Positions 1-8,965 of a DNA stretch of 64,000 nt are shown piece after piece. Numbering within the stretch: position 1 is the first letter of the stretch; every line of letters begins with the position of its first letter. Where the stretch lies: contig JAZNIJ010000211.1 of the NCBI GenBank assembly GCA_045577455.1, positions 32,706-96,705 of the forward strand. The letters are read 5' to 3'. This DNA comes from Eubacteriales bacterium (GTDB taxonomy: Bacteria; Bacillota; Clostridia; Oscillospirales; CAG-382). A program made the translations under genes and the position numbers. The notes beneath the pieces were generated by a model. The model made no database searches. It saw nothing but the letters and a program-made list of their open reading frames with translations, and had not been told where the DNA came from.

Positions 1-714
1 ATCAATAATAAGGTCAACCCCTGCAAGGGTTTCTATTGTTCTGATGTTTCTTCCTTCTCTGCCTATAATTCTGCCTTTCATTTCATCATTTGGCAGGTCA
101 ACAACAGAAACGGTTTTTTCTGCAACGCTGTCAGAAGCAATTCTTTGCATTGCTGTTACGATAATTTCTTTTGCTCTTTCTTCAGCAGTTTCTTTAAGGT
201 CAGATTCAATTGCAACCAAGCGTTTGGCAGCGGCGATTTTTGCATCTTCTTCAACTTTGGAAATAATGAGGGCAATTGCTTCTTCTGTTGACATACCGGA
301 AATTCTCTGGAGTTCTTCGAGCTCTTTAGCTTTCAACTCGCTTATCTTTTCCATTTCTGCCTCGGTTGCCTTTGTTTTTTCTGCAAGAAGTTCTTCTTTC
401 TGAGCAACTGCTTCCATTTTCTTATCAAGAGTTTCTTCTTTCTGGATTGCACGCTTTTCAAGCTTTGCAATTTCTGCTCTGCGCTCTTTGTTTTCGCGCT
501 CGTGTTCGTTTTTAATTCTGAGAGCTTCTTCTTTTGCTTCAATCAAAAGCTCTTTCTTTTTGGACTCTCCGTCCTTTTTGGCCTGTTCAACTATTCTGAT
601 AGCTTCTTTTTCCGCTGTTCCAATTGCTTTTTCGGCAATGGATTTGCGGTATATAAAACCGGCAAGAAAGCCGAATATCAAGCCCGATACCGCACAAATA
701 ATGGGAATTACCAT
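1..714 (-). CDS. rny: Ribonuclease Y, N-terminal 238 codons (gene continues beyond left edge)
   Basis: Not in the ORF track because there is no stop in the window. The reverse strand from ATG 714-712 (GGAGG at 725-721) reads [32 protein letters not shown]...: a TM anchor, a long E/K coiled coil, then the KH motif [25 protein letters not shown] at the edge. Track ORFs 44-403, 342-542, 488-736 and 502-744 are shadows of it. Confidence 0.93.
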   Translation of the reverse strand, partial: MVIPIICAVSGLIFGFLAGFIYRKSIAEKAIGTAEKEAIRIVEQAKKDGESKKKELLIEAKEEALRIKNEHERENKERRAEIAKLEKRAIQKEETLDKKMEAVAQKEELLAEKTKATEAEMEKISELKAKELEELQRISGMSTEEAIALIISKVEEDAKIAAAKRLVAIESDLKETAEERAKEIIVTAMQRIASDSVAEKTVSVVDLPNDEMKGRIIGREGRNIRTIETLAGVDLIID

Positions 715-896
715 TTTGTACCTCCTATATATATAATTGTCTGAATTATTGTAAAATTATTCCTTTGGTTCATCTGTTTAAGTTCAAACTTCACCTAATA
801 ATTCAAACTAACCCATTATACACCTTTTTGCGCAAAATGTAAATAGAAAATGCAAAAATAATTGTAATAATTTTGTGTAAAAACGACCTGCATAAA

Positions 897-925
897 TTGA
901 CTTTTTTTAAAAAATGTAGTATAAT
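897..925 (+). promoter_or_regulatory. Sigma-A type promoter for the cysteine desulfurase gene
   Basis: TTGACT (897-902), 17-nt spacer, TATAAT (920-925), 32 nt upstream of the ATG at 958. Confidence 0.55.
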
Positions 926-957
926 GTAAAGGCAAAAAAGTAAAAGGACTTGAAGAT

Positions 958-2097
958 ATGATATACCTTGACAATTCTGCAACAATGAAACCTTGCGACG
1001 AAGCTGTTAAGGCGGCAATTATGGGAATGCAAAAATTTGGAAACCCGTCTTCGCCCCACGGTTTTGGAACCGAGGCATCAATGCTTTTGAGAAACGCTCG
1101 CCGCGATTTATCATCCGTGATAAAATGCGACCCATCGGAGCTGTATTTCACTTCTGGCGGAAGTGAAAGCAACAACACCGCAATAATTGGGCTTGCAATG
1201 AAAAACTCTAAACACGCCAAAAGAATAATTTCAACAAATTCCGAACATCCATCGGTTGCAGAGCCGTTAGCTTTCCTTGAGAAAAAAGGTTTTGAGGTTG
1301 TTCGGCTTTCCACCAAAGGGGGAAAAATTGATATAGATGAGTTGCGCTTGGCTCTGTCTCAAAAAACTTCACTTGTAACAATTATGCAGGTGAACAACGA
1401 AACAGGTGCAGTTTATGACCTTGAGGCGGTGAGAAAAGAAATAGATAAAAGCGAAAGCGGAGCATATTTTCATTCCGATTGTGTCCAGAGTTTTATGAAG
1501 GTTTCTGCTAACTTTGTTAGATATTGTGATGCTGCTTCAATTTCTGCCCACAAAATCGGGGGAATAAAAGGTTGTGGCGGTCTTTATTTGAAAAAAAACA
1601 TAAAAATAGACCCACTTATTTTGGGCGGTGGTCAGGAAAACGGATTTCGGTCGGGGACGGAAAATATTCCGGGTATTCTTGCATTTGCAACAGCAGCAAA
1701 ATGCTGGAATGAAGAAAAAAAAGAGAGAAATCAATATATTCTGTCATTAAAACAGCATCTTTTAGCAAAGCTCAAGGAAACATTTGGTGATGGTGTTGTA
1801 ATAAATACTCCCGAAAATTCGGTTTGCTGTTTGCTAAATTTTTCAATTCCAAATGTAAAAAGTGAAACGGTTATCAATGCTCTTTCGGCAGATGGAATTT
1901 GCGTTTCCGCATCTTCTGCCTGTTCAACTCACGCAAAAGAAAATCCCGTTCTTTCTGCTTTTGGGTTAACAAAGGAGCTTTCAGAATCGGCTATCCGTGT
2001 GGGTATGTCTTATTTCAACACAACGGAAGAGTTAGATATTCTTTGCGGTAAATTAAAAGAAATTTCAGATAAATTGGTAAAAGTAAGGATTAAATAG
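958..2097 (+). CDS. Cysteine desulfurase (class V aminotransferase, NifS/IscS-like)
   Basis: 379 aa. Has the PLP-lysine motif SISAHKIGG and the C-terminal active-site loop SASSACSTH. The N-terminus IYLDNSAT is typical of the family. Confidence 0.9.
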   Translation: MIYLDNSATMKPCDEAVKAAIMGMQKFGNPSSPHGFGTEASMLLRNARRDLSSVIKCDPSELYFTSGGSESNNTAIIGLAMKNSKHAKRIISTNSEHPSVAEPLAFLEKKGFEVVRLSTKGGKIDIDELRLALSQKTSLVTIMQVNNETGAVYDLEAVRKEIDKSESGAYFHSDCVQSFMKVSANFVRYCDAASISAHKIGGIKGCGGLYLKKNIKIDPLILGGGQENGFRSGTENIPGILAFATAAKCWNEEKKERNQYILSLKQHLLAKLKETFGDGVVINTPENSVCCLLNFSIPNVKSETVINALSADGICVSASSACSTHAKENPVLSAFGLTKELSESAIRVGMSYFNTTEELDILCGKLKEISDKLVKVRIK

Positions 2098-2209
2098 GGA
2101 AAATCCGATTTTACTTTTGCTGTGCTGTAAAAGTGCGAAAATACAATTTAACTTTGGCTGTAAAGAAAATGTGAAAACACAATTTAAACAGTGAAAAAGG
2201 GGGGAGAGG

Positions 2210-3667
2210 ATGAAAAAAAGAATAAAGCAAGGCGTTGCATGGCTGATAGTCCTTGTAATATGGCAACTTTTGTCTATGGCAATTGACCAAAAATATGATG
2301 CTGATATAATTTTGCCACCCCCTATAAAGGTTTTTAAGCAACTTTTTGCAGTTGTTTCATCTAACGAATTTTTTAAAACACTGCTGTTTAGTCTCGGAAG
2401 AATCGTTTTAGGGTTTCTGGCAGGCGTTGCTTTTGGCACAGTTTTGGGAATTGTTTCGGGAAAATGGGAGAATATTGAAATACTCATTAAACCAATAATA
2501 ACGGTTATTAAAACTGTCCCTGTTGCTTCTTTTGTTATTTTAGTGCTTATTTGGGCTAATTCTGAAAAACTATCGATAATTATTGCTTTTCTTATGGTGT
2601 TACCTGTGATTTATACAAATGTGTTGCAGGGAGTGAAAAGCATAGATGTAAAAATGCTTCAAATGGCATCAGTTTACCAGATGACTTTTTGGGGACGGCT
2701 CAAATATTTGTGGCTTCCATCTGTAAAGCCGTTCTTTATGTCGGGAAGCACAGTTGCGGCAGGGCTTGCTTGGAAATCGGGAATTGCCGCCGAGCTTATT
2801 GGCGTGCCAGATGGTTCTATTGGCGGCATGCTATATGACTCTAAAACTTATTTTGATACAAGCACATTGCTTGCCTGGACAATAGTTATTGTTGCTGCAA
2901 GCGTTGCAACAGAAAAAATCTTTGTTTTGGTTATGAAACAGCTTTGGAAACTTGCGGAGCTTACTCCCTCTCCGAAGGGAAAGAGGGCGTTGAGTACAAA
3001 CGGCGAAAACTCAACTGTTAACCGTGATGAAAATACAACCATCAGAGAAGGCAAAATTCTCATATCGCTTCACGATGTTTCTAAAAGCTATGGGGAAGAA
3101 AATGTTATCAGTGGCTTTTCTCACGAATTTGATGGCGGTGTAACTGCAATATCGGGCAAATCGGGAGGGGGAAAGACAACCCTTCTTAATATGATTTTAG
3201 GTATTGAAAAAGCAGACAGAGGGTCGGTTTCTGTCGGTTCGTCAAAAATTTCCGTTGTTTTTCAGGAAGACCGACTTTCTGAGACATTTACCCCTGTTGC
3301 AAATGTTGCATCAGTTGTTGGAGAAATAGCAAGCAGAACAGAAATTGAAAATTTGCTTTGCCGTCTTGGGCTTAGAGATTCTCTTGATAAACAAGTTTCA
3401 AAGCTCTCGGGAGGGATGAAAAGGCGAACAGCCATAGCAAGAGCTTTGCTCTATAATGGAGATATTCTTATCATGGATGAACCTTTTAAGGGGCTTGATG
3501 AGGGAACGAAGGATGAAGTGATAAAAATCGTTAAGGAATACAGCGTTGGAAAAACTGTGATTTTTGTCACTCATGATGAAGAAGAAATTTCTGCTATGGG
3601 AGCTAAAAAGTTTTTGAAAATAGATGAATCTGGCTTTATGTACAGCGAAACGGATGGTGAAAAATAA
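2210..3667 (+). CDS. Fused ABC transporter: NitT/TauT-type permease domain plus ATP-binding domain
   Basis: 485 aa. The N-terminal ~250 aa are polytopic membrane sequence with a permease loop (AWKSGIAAELIG). The C-terminal part has Walker A GKSGGGKTT, Q-loop FQEDRL, signature LSGGMKRR, Walker B ILIMDEP and H-loop VTHD. RBS GGGGGGAGAGG lies before the ATG. Confidence 0.85.
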   Translation: MKKRIKQGVAWLIVLVIWQLLSMAIDQKYDADIILPPPIKVFKQLFAVVSSNEFFKTLLFSLGRIVLGFLAGVAFGTVLGIVSGKWENIEILIKPIITVIKTVPVASFVILVLIWANSEKLSIIIAFLMVLPVIYTNVLQGVKSIDVKMLQMASVYQMTFWGRLKYLWLPSVKPFFMSGSTVAAGLAWKSGIAAELIGVPDGSIGGMLYDSKTYFDTSTLLAWTIVIVAASVATEKIFVLVMKQLWKLAELTPSPKGKRALSTNGENSTVNRDENTTIREGKILISLHDVSKSYGEENVISGFSHEFDGGVTAISGKSGGGKTTLLNMILGIEKADRGSVSVGSSKISVVFQEDRLSETFTPVANVASVVGEIASRTEIENLLCRLGLRDSLDKQVSKLSGGMKRRTAIARALLYNGDILIMDEPFKGLDEGTKDEVIKIVKEYSVGKTVIFVTHDEEEISAMGAKKFLKIDESGFMYSETDGEK

Positions 3668-3769
3668 TTTTTAACAATGCGTTGAAAAGACAAGGAAAAA
3701 TGCTGGTGACAATATAAATCGAATGGCGGGCGAAAATGTTTATGCCGAGCAAAAATAAATTTTGCAAAG

Positions 3770-4543
3770 GTGAGTTCAGTTATCTTTGATGGTGGAAAAT
3801 ACTTTTTTCGGGGGTGTGGAAGATTGAAAAATATATGGAAAAAGGTTTCGGTTTTTTTGAGAAAAACAAAAGTTAAAAAAAACGTAAAGCGATGTCTGAT
3901 TGCAGGCGCTTGCCTTTTCGTTGTTTTGGTTGGGTTTATATTTTCAGTTAACCATTATGTTAAATCATCGGTGGATGGTAACATTATGTCTTGGGATGAA
4001 GCAGCAATGCTTGAGGATGTGGACTGTATAATAGTTCTCGGATGCGGTCTTAATGGTGATAAGCCAAGCGATATGCTGCGAGACCGTCTTAATTTTGCAA
4101 TTGATATATACAACAAAAACAAAAACGCAAAGTTGTTGATGAGTGGCGATCATGGCAGGGTGCATTATAACGAGGTCGGGGTTATGAAAAAGTATGCCAT
4201 AGAAAAAGGTGTACCTTCTGAGGATATTTTTATGGACCATGCAGGATTTTCCACATATGAAACTATGTATCGTGCAAAGGAAATCTTTTGTGCATCAAAG
4301 GTTATAATCGTAACTCAGAAATACCATCTTTACAGAGGGATGTATAACGCTTCACAAATGGGTATGGAAGCGTATGGAGTTGCTTCTGATGTGTATGGTT
4401 ATGAGAAAAAATTCTACCGTGAAACGCGAGAAATTGTTGCGAGGTGCAAGGATTTTCTTTGGTGTGCATTTGATGTTAAACCAACATATTTGGGGGAAGC
4501 TATCCCTGTTTCAGGCAATGGTGATGTAACAAACGATTATTAG
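3770..4543 (+). CDS. SanA / DUF218 (YdcF-like) membrane protein
   Basis: 257 aa. N-terminal TM helix (CLIAGACLFVVLVGFIFSV) followed by the DUF218 core IIVLGCGLNGDKPSDMLRDRL...LLMSGDHG...EVGVMKKY. The exact start (GTG 3770 or a downstream TTG) is uncertain. Confidence 0.8.
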   Translation: MSSVIFDGGKYFFRGCGRLKNIWKKVSVFLRKTKVKKNVKRCLIAGACLFVVLVGFIFSVNHYVKSSVDGNIMSWDEAAMLEDVDCIIVLGCGLNGDKPSDMLRDRLNFAIDIYNKNKNAKLLMSGDHGRVHYNEVGVMKKYAIEKGVPSEDIFMDHAGFSTYETMYRAKEIFCASKVIIVTQKYHLYRGMYNASQMGMEAYGVASDVYGYEKKFYRETREIVARCKDFLWCAFDVKPTYLGEAIPVSGNGDVTNDY

Positions 4544-4548
4544 CAAAT

Positions 4549-4576
4549 GGGGAGCTTTTAAAGCTCCCCGATTTTG
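4549..4576 (+). terminator. Rho-independent terminator
   Basis: GGGGAGCTT-tta-AAGCTCCCC (4549-4569) followed by gATTTTGTT. Confidence 0.8.
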
Positions 4577-4725
4577 TTGAATAGTTTTTTTCTCCGAAAA
4601 GATATTGTTTTAAAAACTGTTTTCTCAATAAAAAGACAAGCTGCAATGTGATAAAATTTTGTGAGTTATTTTTATCTTAAGGCATGGTGAAGCCCCCGTT
4701 TCGACTTTTTAAACAAAAAAAGGTG

Positions 4726-4754
4726 TTGACAAAAGAGAATTTTTGTGATACAAT
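4726..4754 (+). promoter_or_regulatory. Sigma-A type promoter with extended -10
   Basis: TTGACA (4726-4731), 17-nt spacer, TGaTACAAT (-10 at 4749-4754). This leaves a ~180-nt leader before the lipoprotein ATG at 4940. Confidence 0.6.
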
Positions 4755-4939
4755 TTTAAAGGCGAAAAAAGGGAAGGGGTATTTATGCCCTTTTTGGACT
4801 TAAAAAGGATATTAACCGCTTTTTTCAGAAACAGAAATTGTTTTATTGATATGAATTATTGGAGATGGCGGTTTTGTTTGAAATTAAAGGATTTCAAACA
4901 TATTTGATTTTCGCAAAAACAAAAATAAGGTACATATTT

Positions 4940-6247
4940 ATGACATTAAAATCAAAAGGAAAATTGAATAGCAAAGCGTTGGTAAAAAGCGCTTGCGGTC
5001 TTTTTCTTGGATCTGTGATGCTTCTTTCCAGCTCCTGCGGAAGCGAAAAAGTTGTTTTGTCGGAAAATTCAGGTTTGGAATATCCTCCTTTTATGATGCA
5101 TGGAGTTGCGGATTCAACGATAGAAATTGGATTTGAAAATGTTGGAGAAGGCAACGAAAATGTCGATTTTGGTGGAGAATACAAAGATGTTTTGTTTTAC
5201 ATACCATCGGAAGAAACAGCAGGAAGTGATAAGGTTTCAACAATAAAGCTCCAGCAAATCACAGCAAATTCTGTTGCAAATCAAGCATCTTACCAAACTT
5301 TTCTTGAGCTTAAAGAGCAAGCAACCAGTAAACCTTCAAAACCAAGTTCTGGTTCGGGTTCAAATTCCAATTCGGGGTCGGGCTTGCAGAATGGAAACTT
5401 GGTGGTTACAATTCCAAGCGGAAAGCTCAACAGTATCATCAAAAACGGAAATTACGGCAATAATAAAATCACAGTTATTCAATCGGGAAAAAATAAGCTC
5501 TCTGAGGATACAAGTGATTTGCTTGCAGCAATAAAGTCAAATTCCCGTTGCGATGCCAGCTTTCTTGCGATACGACTCAGCGACGGTGCAAGCATTGGTT
5601 ACAATGTTGATAAAGAGTGGAGATGTATGTCTACATTCAAAGCTCCAACAGCACTTTATGCATATAAATTGGCATCTGATGGCAAGTTGAATTTGTCCAA
5701 TAAAATGACATATACTAAATCAAAGTATTATTATACAGGAAGCGGGATTATAAAATCATCTGCTTCGGGAACAAAATATACTTTGAAAAACTTGATTTCA
5801 TATTCAATTCTTCATAGCGATAATTCTGCATACATTATGCTCAGAGATTATCTTAGCGCAGAGGGTATTTCTCAGATGTGCAAGGATATGGGCTGTGCAA
5901 ATTACGAAGATGCGCTTCAGAATTGGCCAAAGGTTTCAGCAAGAGATGCAGCACTTTGGTGGAATGAAATTTACAATTTCTGTTCTACAGACGAAAATTA
6001 TGGTGATGCTCTTTATACAACCTTTGTAAACGCAACAGGTAATATGATAGACAAAGCGTTGGGATATAAATACGATGTTGCACATAAGAGTGGCTCAGGA
6101 AGCGGATATCATCACGATTGCGCTATAGTTATGGCAGAAGAACCATATATTCTTGTTCTTTATACCCGTAATACAGCGGGCGGCTCAAGTAACTATAAAT
6201 ATATGTCCGGCATAATCCGTGAAATAAATGAAATAATGGTTGGATAA
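4940..6247 (+). CDS. Lipoprotein with a C-terminal class A beta-lactamase-like serine hydrolase domain
   Basis: The track ORF starts at 4859, but the internal Met at 4940 gives a classic lipoprotein signal MTLKSKGKLNSKALVKSACGLFLGSVMLLSSSC. Motifs: SxxK = STFK (5630-5641), SDN (LHSDNSAY), KSG (HKSGSG). About 200 aa of extra N-terminal sequence includes an S/G/N linker. Confidence 0.75.
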   Translation: MTLKSKGKLNSKALVKSACGLFLGSVMLLSSSCGSEKVVLSENSGLEYPPFMMHGVADSTIEIGFENVGEGNENVDFGGEYKDVLFYIPSEETAGSDKVSTIKLQQITANSVANQASYQTFLELKEQATSKPSKPSSGSGSNSNSGSGLQNGNLVVTIPSGKLNSIIKNGNYGNNKITVIQSGKNKLSEDTSDLLAAIKSNSRCDASFLAIRLSDGASIGYNVDKEWRCMSTFKAPTALYAYKLASDGKLNLSNKMTYTKSKYYYTGSGIIKSSASGTKYTLKNLISYSILHSDNSAYIMLRDYLSAEGISQMCKDMGCANYEDALQNWPKVSARDAALWWNEIYNFCSTDENYGDALYTTFVNATGNMIDKALGYKYDVAHKSGSGSGYHHDCAIVMAEEPYILVLYTRNTAGGSSNYKYMSGIIREINEIMVG

Positions 6248-6248
6248 T

Positions 6249-6599
6249 ATGGCTTTTTGGGAAAAATGGGGTTTCCGCAAGGATAAGCCCCCAAAAAACA
6301 CAAAAAGCGTGAAGTTCAAACGCTATATGGCGAATCGACTTCACGAAAAGCATATACGGTATCTTATAGAACGTGATTCCAAGGGCGAAGAAAAAATCAT
6401 TGCCAGAGAGGGCTTTATCCATGTTTCGGGAGATGAGCTTTGCATTTTATGTGGTGGCAAGGTTATGTTTCGTACATTGATAAATCAGATGGAAGCGTGG
6501 GAATTTTTAAGTCTCGAAGGTGCAACCATAACTGGTTTTGACCTTGATACAAATTCAGTGCGTACCGTTTTACCGTATTATAAATATTATAGAAAATAA
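6249..6599 (+). CDS. Hypothetical protein (116 aa), no family recognised
   Basis: Track ORF 6240-6599 starts at a TTG that overlaps the upstream stop. The first ATG is at 6249 (MAFWEKWGFRKDK...). It is basic at both ends and has no TM segment. Confidence 0.5.
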   Translation: MAFWEKWGFRKDKPPKNTKSVKFKRYMANRLHEKHIRYLIERDSKGEEKIIAREGFIHVSGDELCILCGGKVMFRTLINQMEAWEFLSLEGATITGFDLDTNSVRTVLPYYKYYRK

Positions 6600-6637
6600 A
6601 ATATGTAGTCTGCCACAATGTGGCAGTAGGGGCATTT

Positions 6638-6880
6638 TCAGCCGGAAAACTTTTGTAGCGTTTTGTCAATCTGCGTTTGTTCAGCGTTTTCCTTTGGATA
6701 CCAACCGTTGGCTTCCATTTTGGCGTAAATGTCCTTTTGCATTTTAAGCGTTTTATCAAGAGCTGTTGAAAAGACATTTCGAACCTGTTCGTTGGATGAT
6801 TCTATACAACCATGAAGGTATAAGTCGCAAGCTCCTTTTGTTGTGAGCAAAAGATTTTCCATCAATGCTTTATCGTCCAT
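6638..6880 (-). CDS. Spore coat protein, CotF-like (Coat_F family)
   Basis: MDDKALMENLLLTTKGACDLYLHGCIESSNEQVRNVFSTALDKTLKMQKDIYAKMEANGWY matches the Coat_F pattern. ATG at 6880 is preceded by GGGGGAG. Confidence 0.75.
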   Translation of the reverse strand: MDDKALMENLLLTTKGACDLYLHGCIESSNEQVRNVFSTALDKTLKMQKDIYAKMEANGWYPKENAEQTQIDKTLQKFSG

Positions 6881-6955
6881 ATTTTTCTCCCCCAATTTTG
6901 AAATGTTTTTCTGTTATCAATAAATAAAACCGAATAGATAACGAAAAAGGTTTGT

Positions 6956-7129
6956 TTAAAGCGTTGAAAACAATTTTCCGAAAATTGTCTGATGTTCAGA
7001 AGCAAGGCAAGTTACGAAGTTTCTCAAATCTTCGTTGTTAAGGCGTTGCGCTGTGTTTTCGCATTGGCATTTCAAAAACTGTTCGTGGGAAAGTGCGTCG
7101 TCAACATATTGTAATTCTTTTGGGCTCAT
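6956..7129 (-). CDS. Small protein (57 aa) upstream of the CotF-like gene, probable spore-coat partner
   Basis: Below the track's size cutoff. ATG at 7129-7127 with RBS GAGAGGTG 7 nt upstream. Reads MSPKELQYVDDALSHEQFLKCQCENTAQRLNNEDLRNFVTCLASEHQTIFGKLFSTL. Same strand and likely same operon as 6638-6880. Confidence 0.55.
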   Translation of the reverse strand: MSPKELQYVDDALSHEQFLKCQCENTAQRLNNEDLRNFVTCLASEHQTIFGKLFSTL

Positions 7130-7225
7130 TTATATACACCTCTCTTTCCTTTCTGTGTGTATTTTACCCTGTTTTTGTTGTTTTATTCTGTTTTTTTAGT
7201 TTGCATTTATTTTGAGGTGTTTTTC

Positions 7226-7867
7226 GTGTTTATTAAAGGATATGTTTTTAAAAAGTTGGTTGTTGGAATGGTTAATACCAACTGTTATATTTTTAGAAAA
7301 GAAGGAAAAGAGCGAGGCCCTGCGGTTGTTATCGACCCGGGTGACGATTTGAATCTGATAAAAAGCGCATTGTTTGAAATGAACGCGTATCCATCTCTTG
7401 TGCTTCTCACTCATGGGCATTTTGACCATATCCTTGCTGTTGGAGATTTACGAACAGTAAGAACAAAGGTAGCAATTCATAAGCGTGATGCACATTCGCT
7501 TACGGAACACGATACTTTTACTTCCGTTATTCCTTATGACCCCCGTCCGTTTGCACCTGCAGATTTTCTTTTTGAAAAAGAGGGACGTTATATCGTTAAC
7601 GGGTTTGAATTTACGGTTTTAAACACACCAGGTCATACCGAAGGGTCTGTTTGTTATATTTTTGGCGACAATATGTTCACGGGGGATACTCTTTTCAAGG
7701 GAAGTATGGGGAGAACAGACTTTTTCGGTGGCAGTAACTATGATATGGTTCAATCTTTGAGAAAGTTAAAGCGTTATCCGGGCGAATTCAAGGTTTATCC
7801 AGGTCATGGCGAAATGACACAGCTTTCTTATGAAAGGCAATTCAATCCTTATATGAGTAAACTTTAG
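7226..7867 (+). CDS. MBL-fold metallo-hydrolase (hydroxyacylglutathione hydrolase-like)
   Basis: Motifs HGHFDH (LLTHGHFDHILA), TPGHTEGS and a C-terminal PGHG. GTG 7226 is preceded by GAGGTG. The track start at 7157 adds an implausible hydrophobic leader. Confidence 0.85.
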   Translation: MFIKGYVFKKLVVGMVNTNCYIFRKEGKERGPAVVIDPGDDLNLIKSALFEMNAYPSLVLLTHGHFDHILAVGDLRTVRTKVAIHKRDAHSLTEHDTFTSVIPYDPRPFAPADFLFEKEGRYIVNGFEFTVLNTPGHTEGSVCYIFGDNMFTGDTLFKGSMGRTDFFGGSNYDMVQSLRKLKRYPGEFKVYPGHGEMTQLSYERQFNPYMSKL

Positions 7868-7917
7868 TGTTTGTTGTATCACGGTGGCGTGATAAATATA
7901 TATTTGGAGGAAAAATT

Positions 7918-8898
7918 ATGAAGAAAATTTTGTCAATGATAATGGTTCTTTTGGTTATCGTTTCAGCGTTTACTATCTCCGCTTCTGCTGAAGGAGAGAG
8001 GGTAAATTATGCACTCAACGCACAGTATACAATCGATTCAGGCGGAACAGGTGCAGGAAAGTTTCTTGCATCCACAGATGGAACAACATATTACGGAGAC
8101 GACCTTTGCAAGATTCTCAATGATGGTGTTAACCCATACTACAACGAGCTTGAGGGATATAACAATCAGGAAGTTCCCGGTTATGGTGTTGTTCTTGTTG
8201 GTTCGGGTACGGTTCATACAATAACATTTGACCTTGGCGCAATTTATGATGATATAGATTCAATTGTGTTCGGCAATGTTTGGGATTCATATAACTTTGG
8301 TTATGAATTTTCACAGGAAGCAGACAAAAAGGGCAACAGGGGCTTTACTGATAATAAAGCTATGATTCGCCTTTCAACAGACGGTGTTAACTTTGAAAGA
8401 ACAAAGGATTTTAATGTGGTGAAAGAAAACCATACACCCGACGGTTCTGAAAACGGTTTCTATAACTACAATTTCAAATTCAATGCTCCCGTTAAGGCAA
8501 GAGCACTCCAGCTTCTTATTTTCAGCCCTGCATACTGTCTCTCTCTCAGCGAAATCGAAATCTATGGTTACGGTCACGCTGTTGAGGGTTCTGAGATTCC
8601 CGTTGCTCCCGAAAGCTCAGAGGAAATTGTTGAAGAATCTTCCGAAACAACAGGCGAAGAAGCTTCCGAAGCAGTTTCCGATGAAGTAGCTTCCGAAGTA
8701 GTATCTGAAGTAGCATCCGAGGCAGTTTCCGATGAAGTAGCTTCTGAAAACGATAATGCGGAAAGTGCAGATACTGCAAACAGCTCCGAAGCAACAGGAA
8801 ACGAAGGCGGTCCTAACCTTGGCCTTATTATCGGTATCGTTGCCGCTGTGGTTGTTGTTGCCGCTGTTGTTATTTTCGTTATAAGTAAAAAGAAATAA
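7918..8898 (+). CDS. Secreted, C-terminally membrane-anchored protein with a discoidin (F5/8 type C)-like domain
   Basis: ATG 7918 follows GGAGG. Signal peptide MKKILSMIMVLLVIVSAFTISASA. The domain ends ...ARALQLLIFSPAYCLSLSEIEIYGY. An acidic S/E/V repeat region (SEAVSDEVASE twice) is followed by the TM helix LGLIIGIVAAVVVVAAVVIFVI and KKK. Confidence 0.7.
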   Translation: MKKILSMIMVLLVIVSAFTISASAEGERVNYALNAQYTIDSGGTGAGKFLASTDGTTYYGDDLCKILNDGVNPYYNELEGYNNQEVPGYGVVLVGSGTVHTITFDLGAIYDDIDSIVFGNVWDSYNFGYEFSQEADKKGNRGFTDNKAMIRLSTDGVNFERTKDFNVVKENHTPDGSENGFYNYNFKFNAPVKARALQLLIFSPAYCLSLSEIEIYGYGHAVEGSEIPVAPESSEEIVEESSETTGEEASEAVSDEVASEVVSEVASEAVSDEVASENDNAESADTANSSEATGNEGGPNLGLIIGIVAAVVVVAAVVIFVISKKK

Positions 8899-8929
8899 TT
8901 TTATTTAAATAAGAATCACTATATTCTTT

Positions 8930-8965
8930 CTCACCCGATGGAAAACTGTCGGGTGAGATTATTTT
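8930..8965 (+). terminator. Rho-independent terminator
   Basis: CTCACCCGA-tggaaaactg-TCGGGTGAG (8930-8957) followed by ATTATTTTT. Confidence 0.8.

Noticed and set aside
44-744. Track ORFs 44-403 (+), 342-542 (-), 488-736 (+) and 502-744 (+).
   Set aside because: All overlap the rny reading frame on the minus strand (frame ending at position 1). That frame gives a textbook RNase Y N-terminus and KH domain.
8620-8790. Short repeats in acidic linker regions (also 31900-32070, 33400-33590, 35450-35720) as possible CRISPR or other non-coding arrays.
   Set aside because: They lie inside long ORFs, are in-frame Ser/Glu/Asp codon repeats, and lack a repeat-spacer organisation. No cas genes are present.
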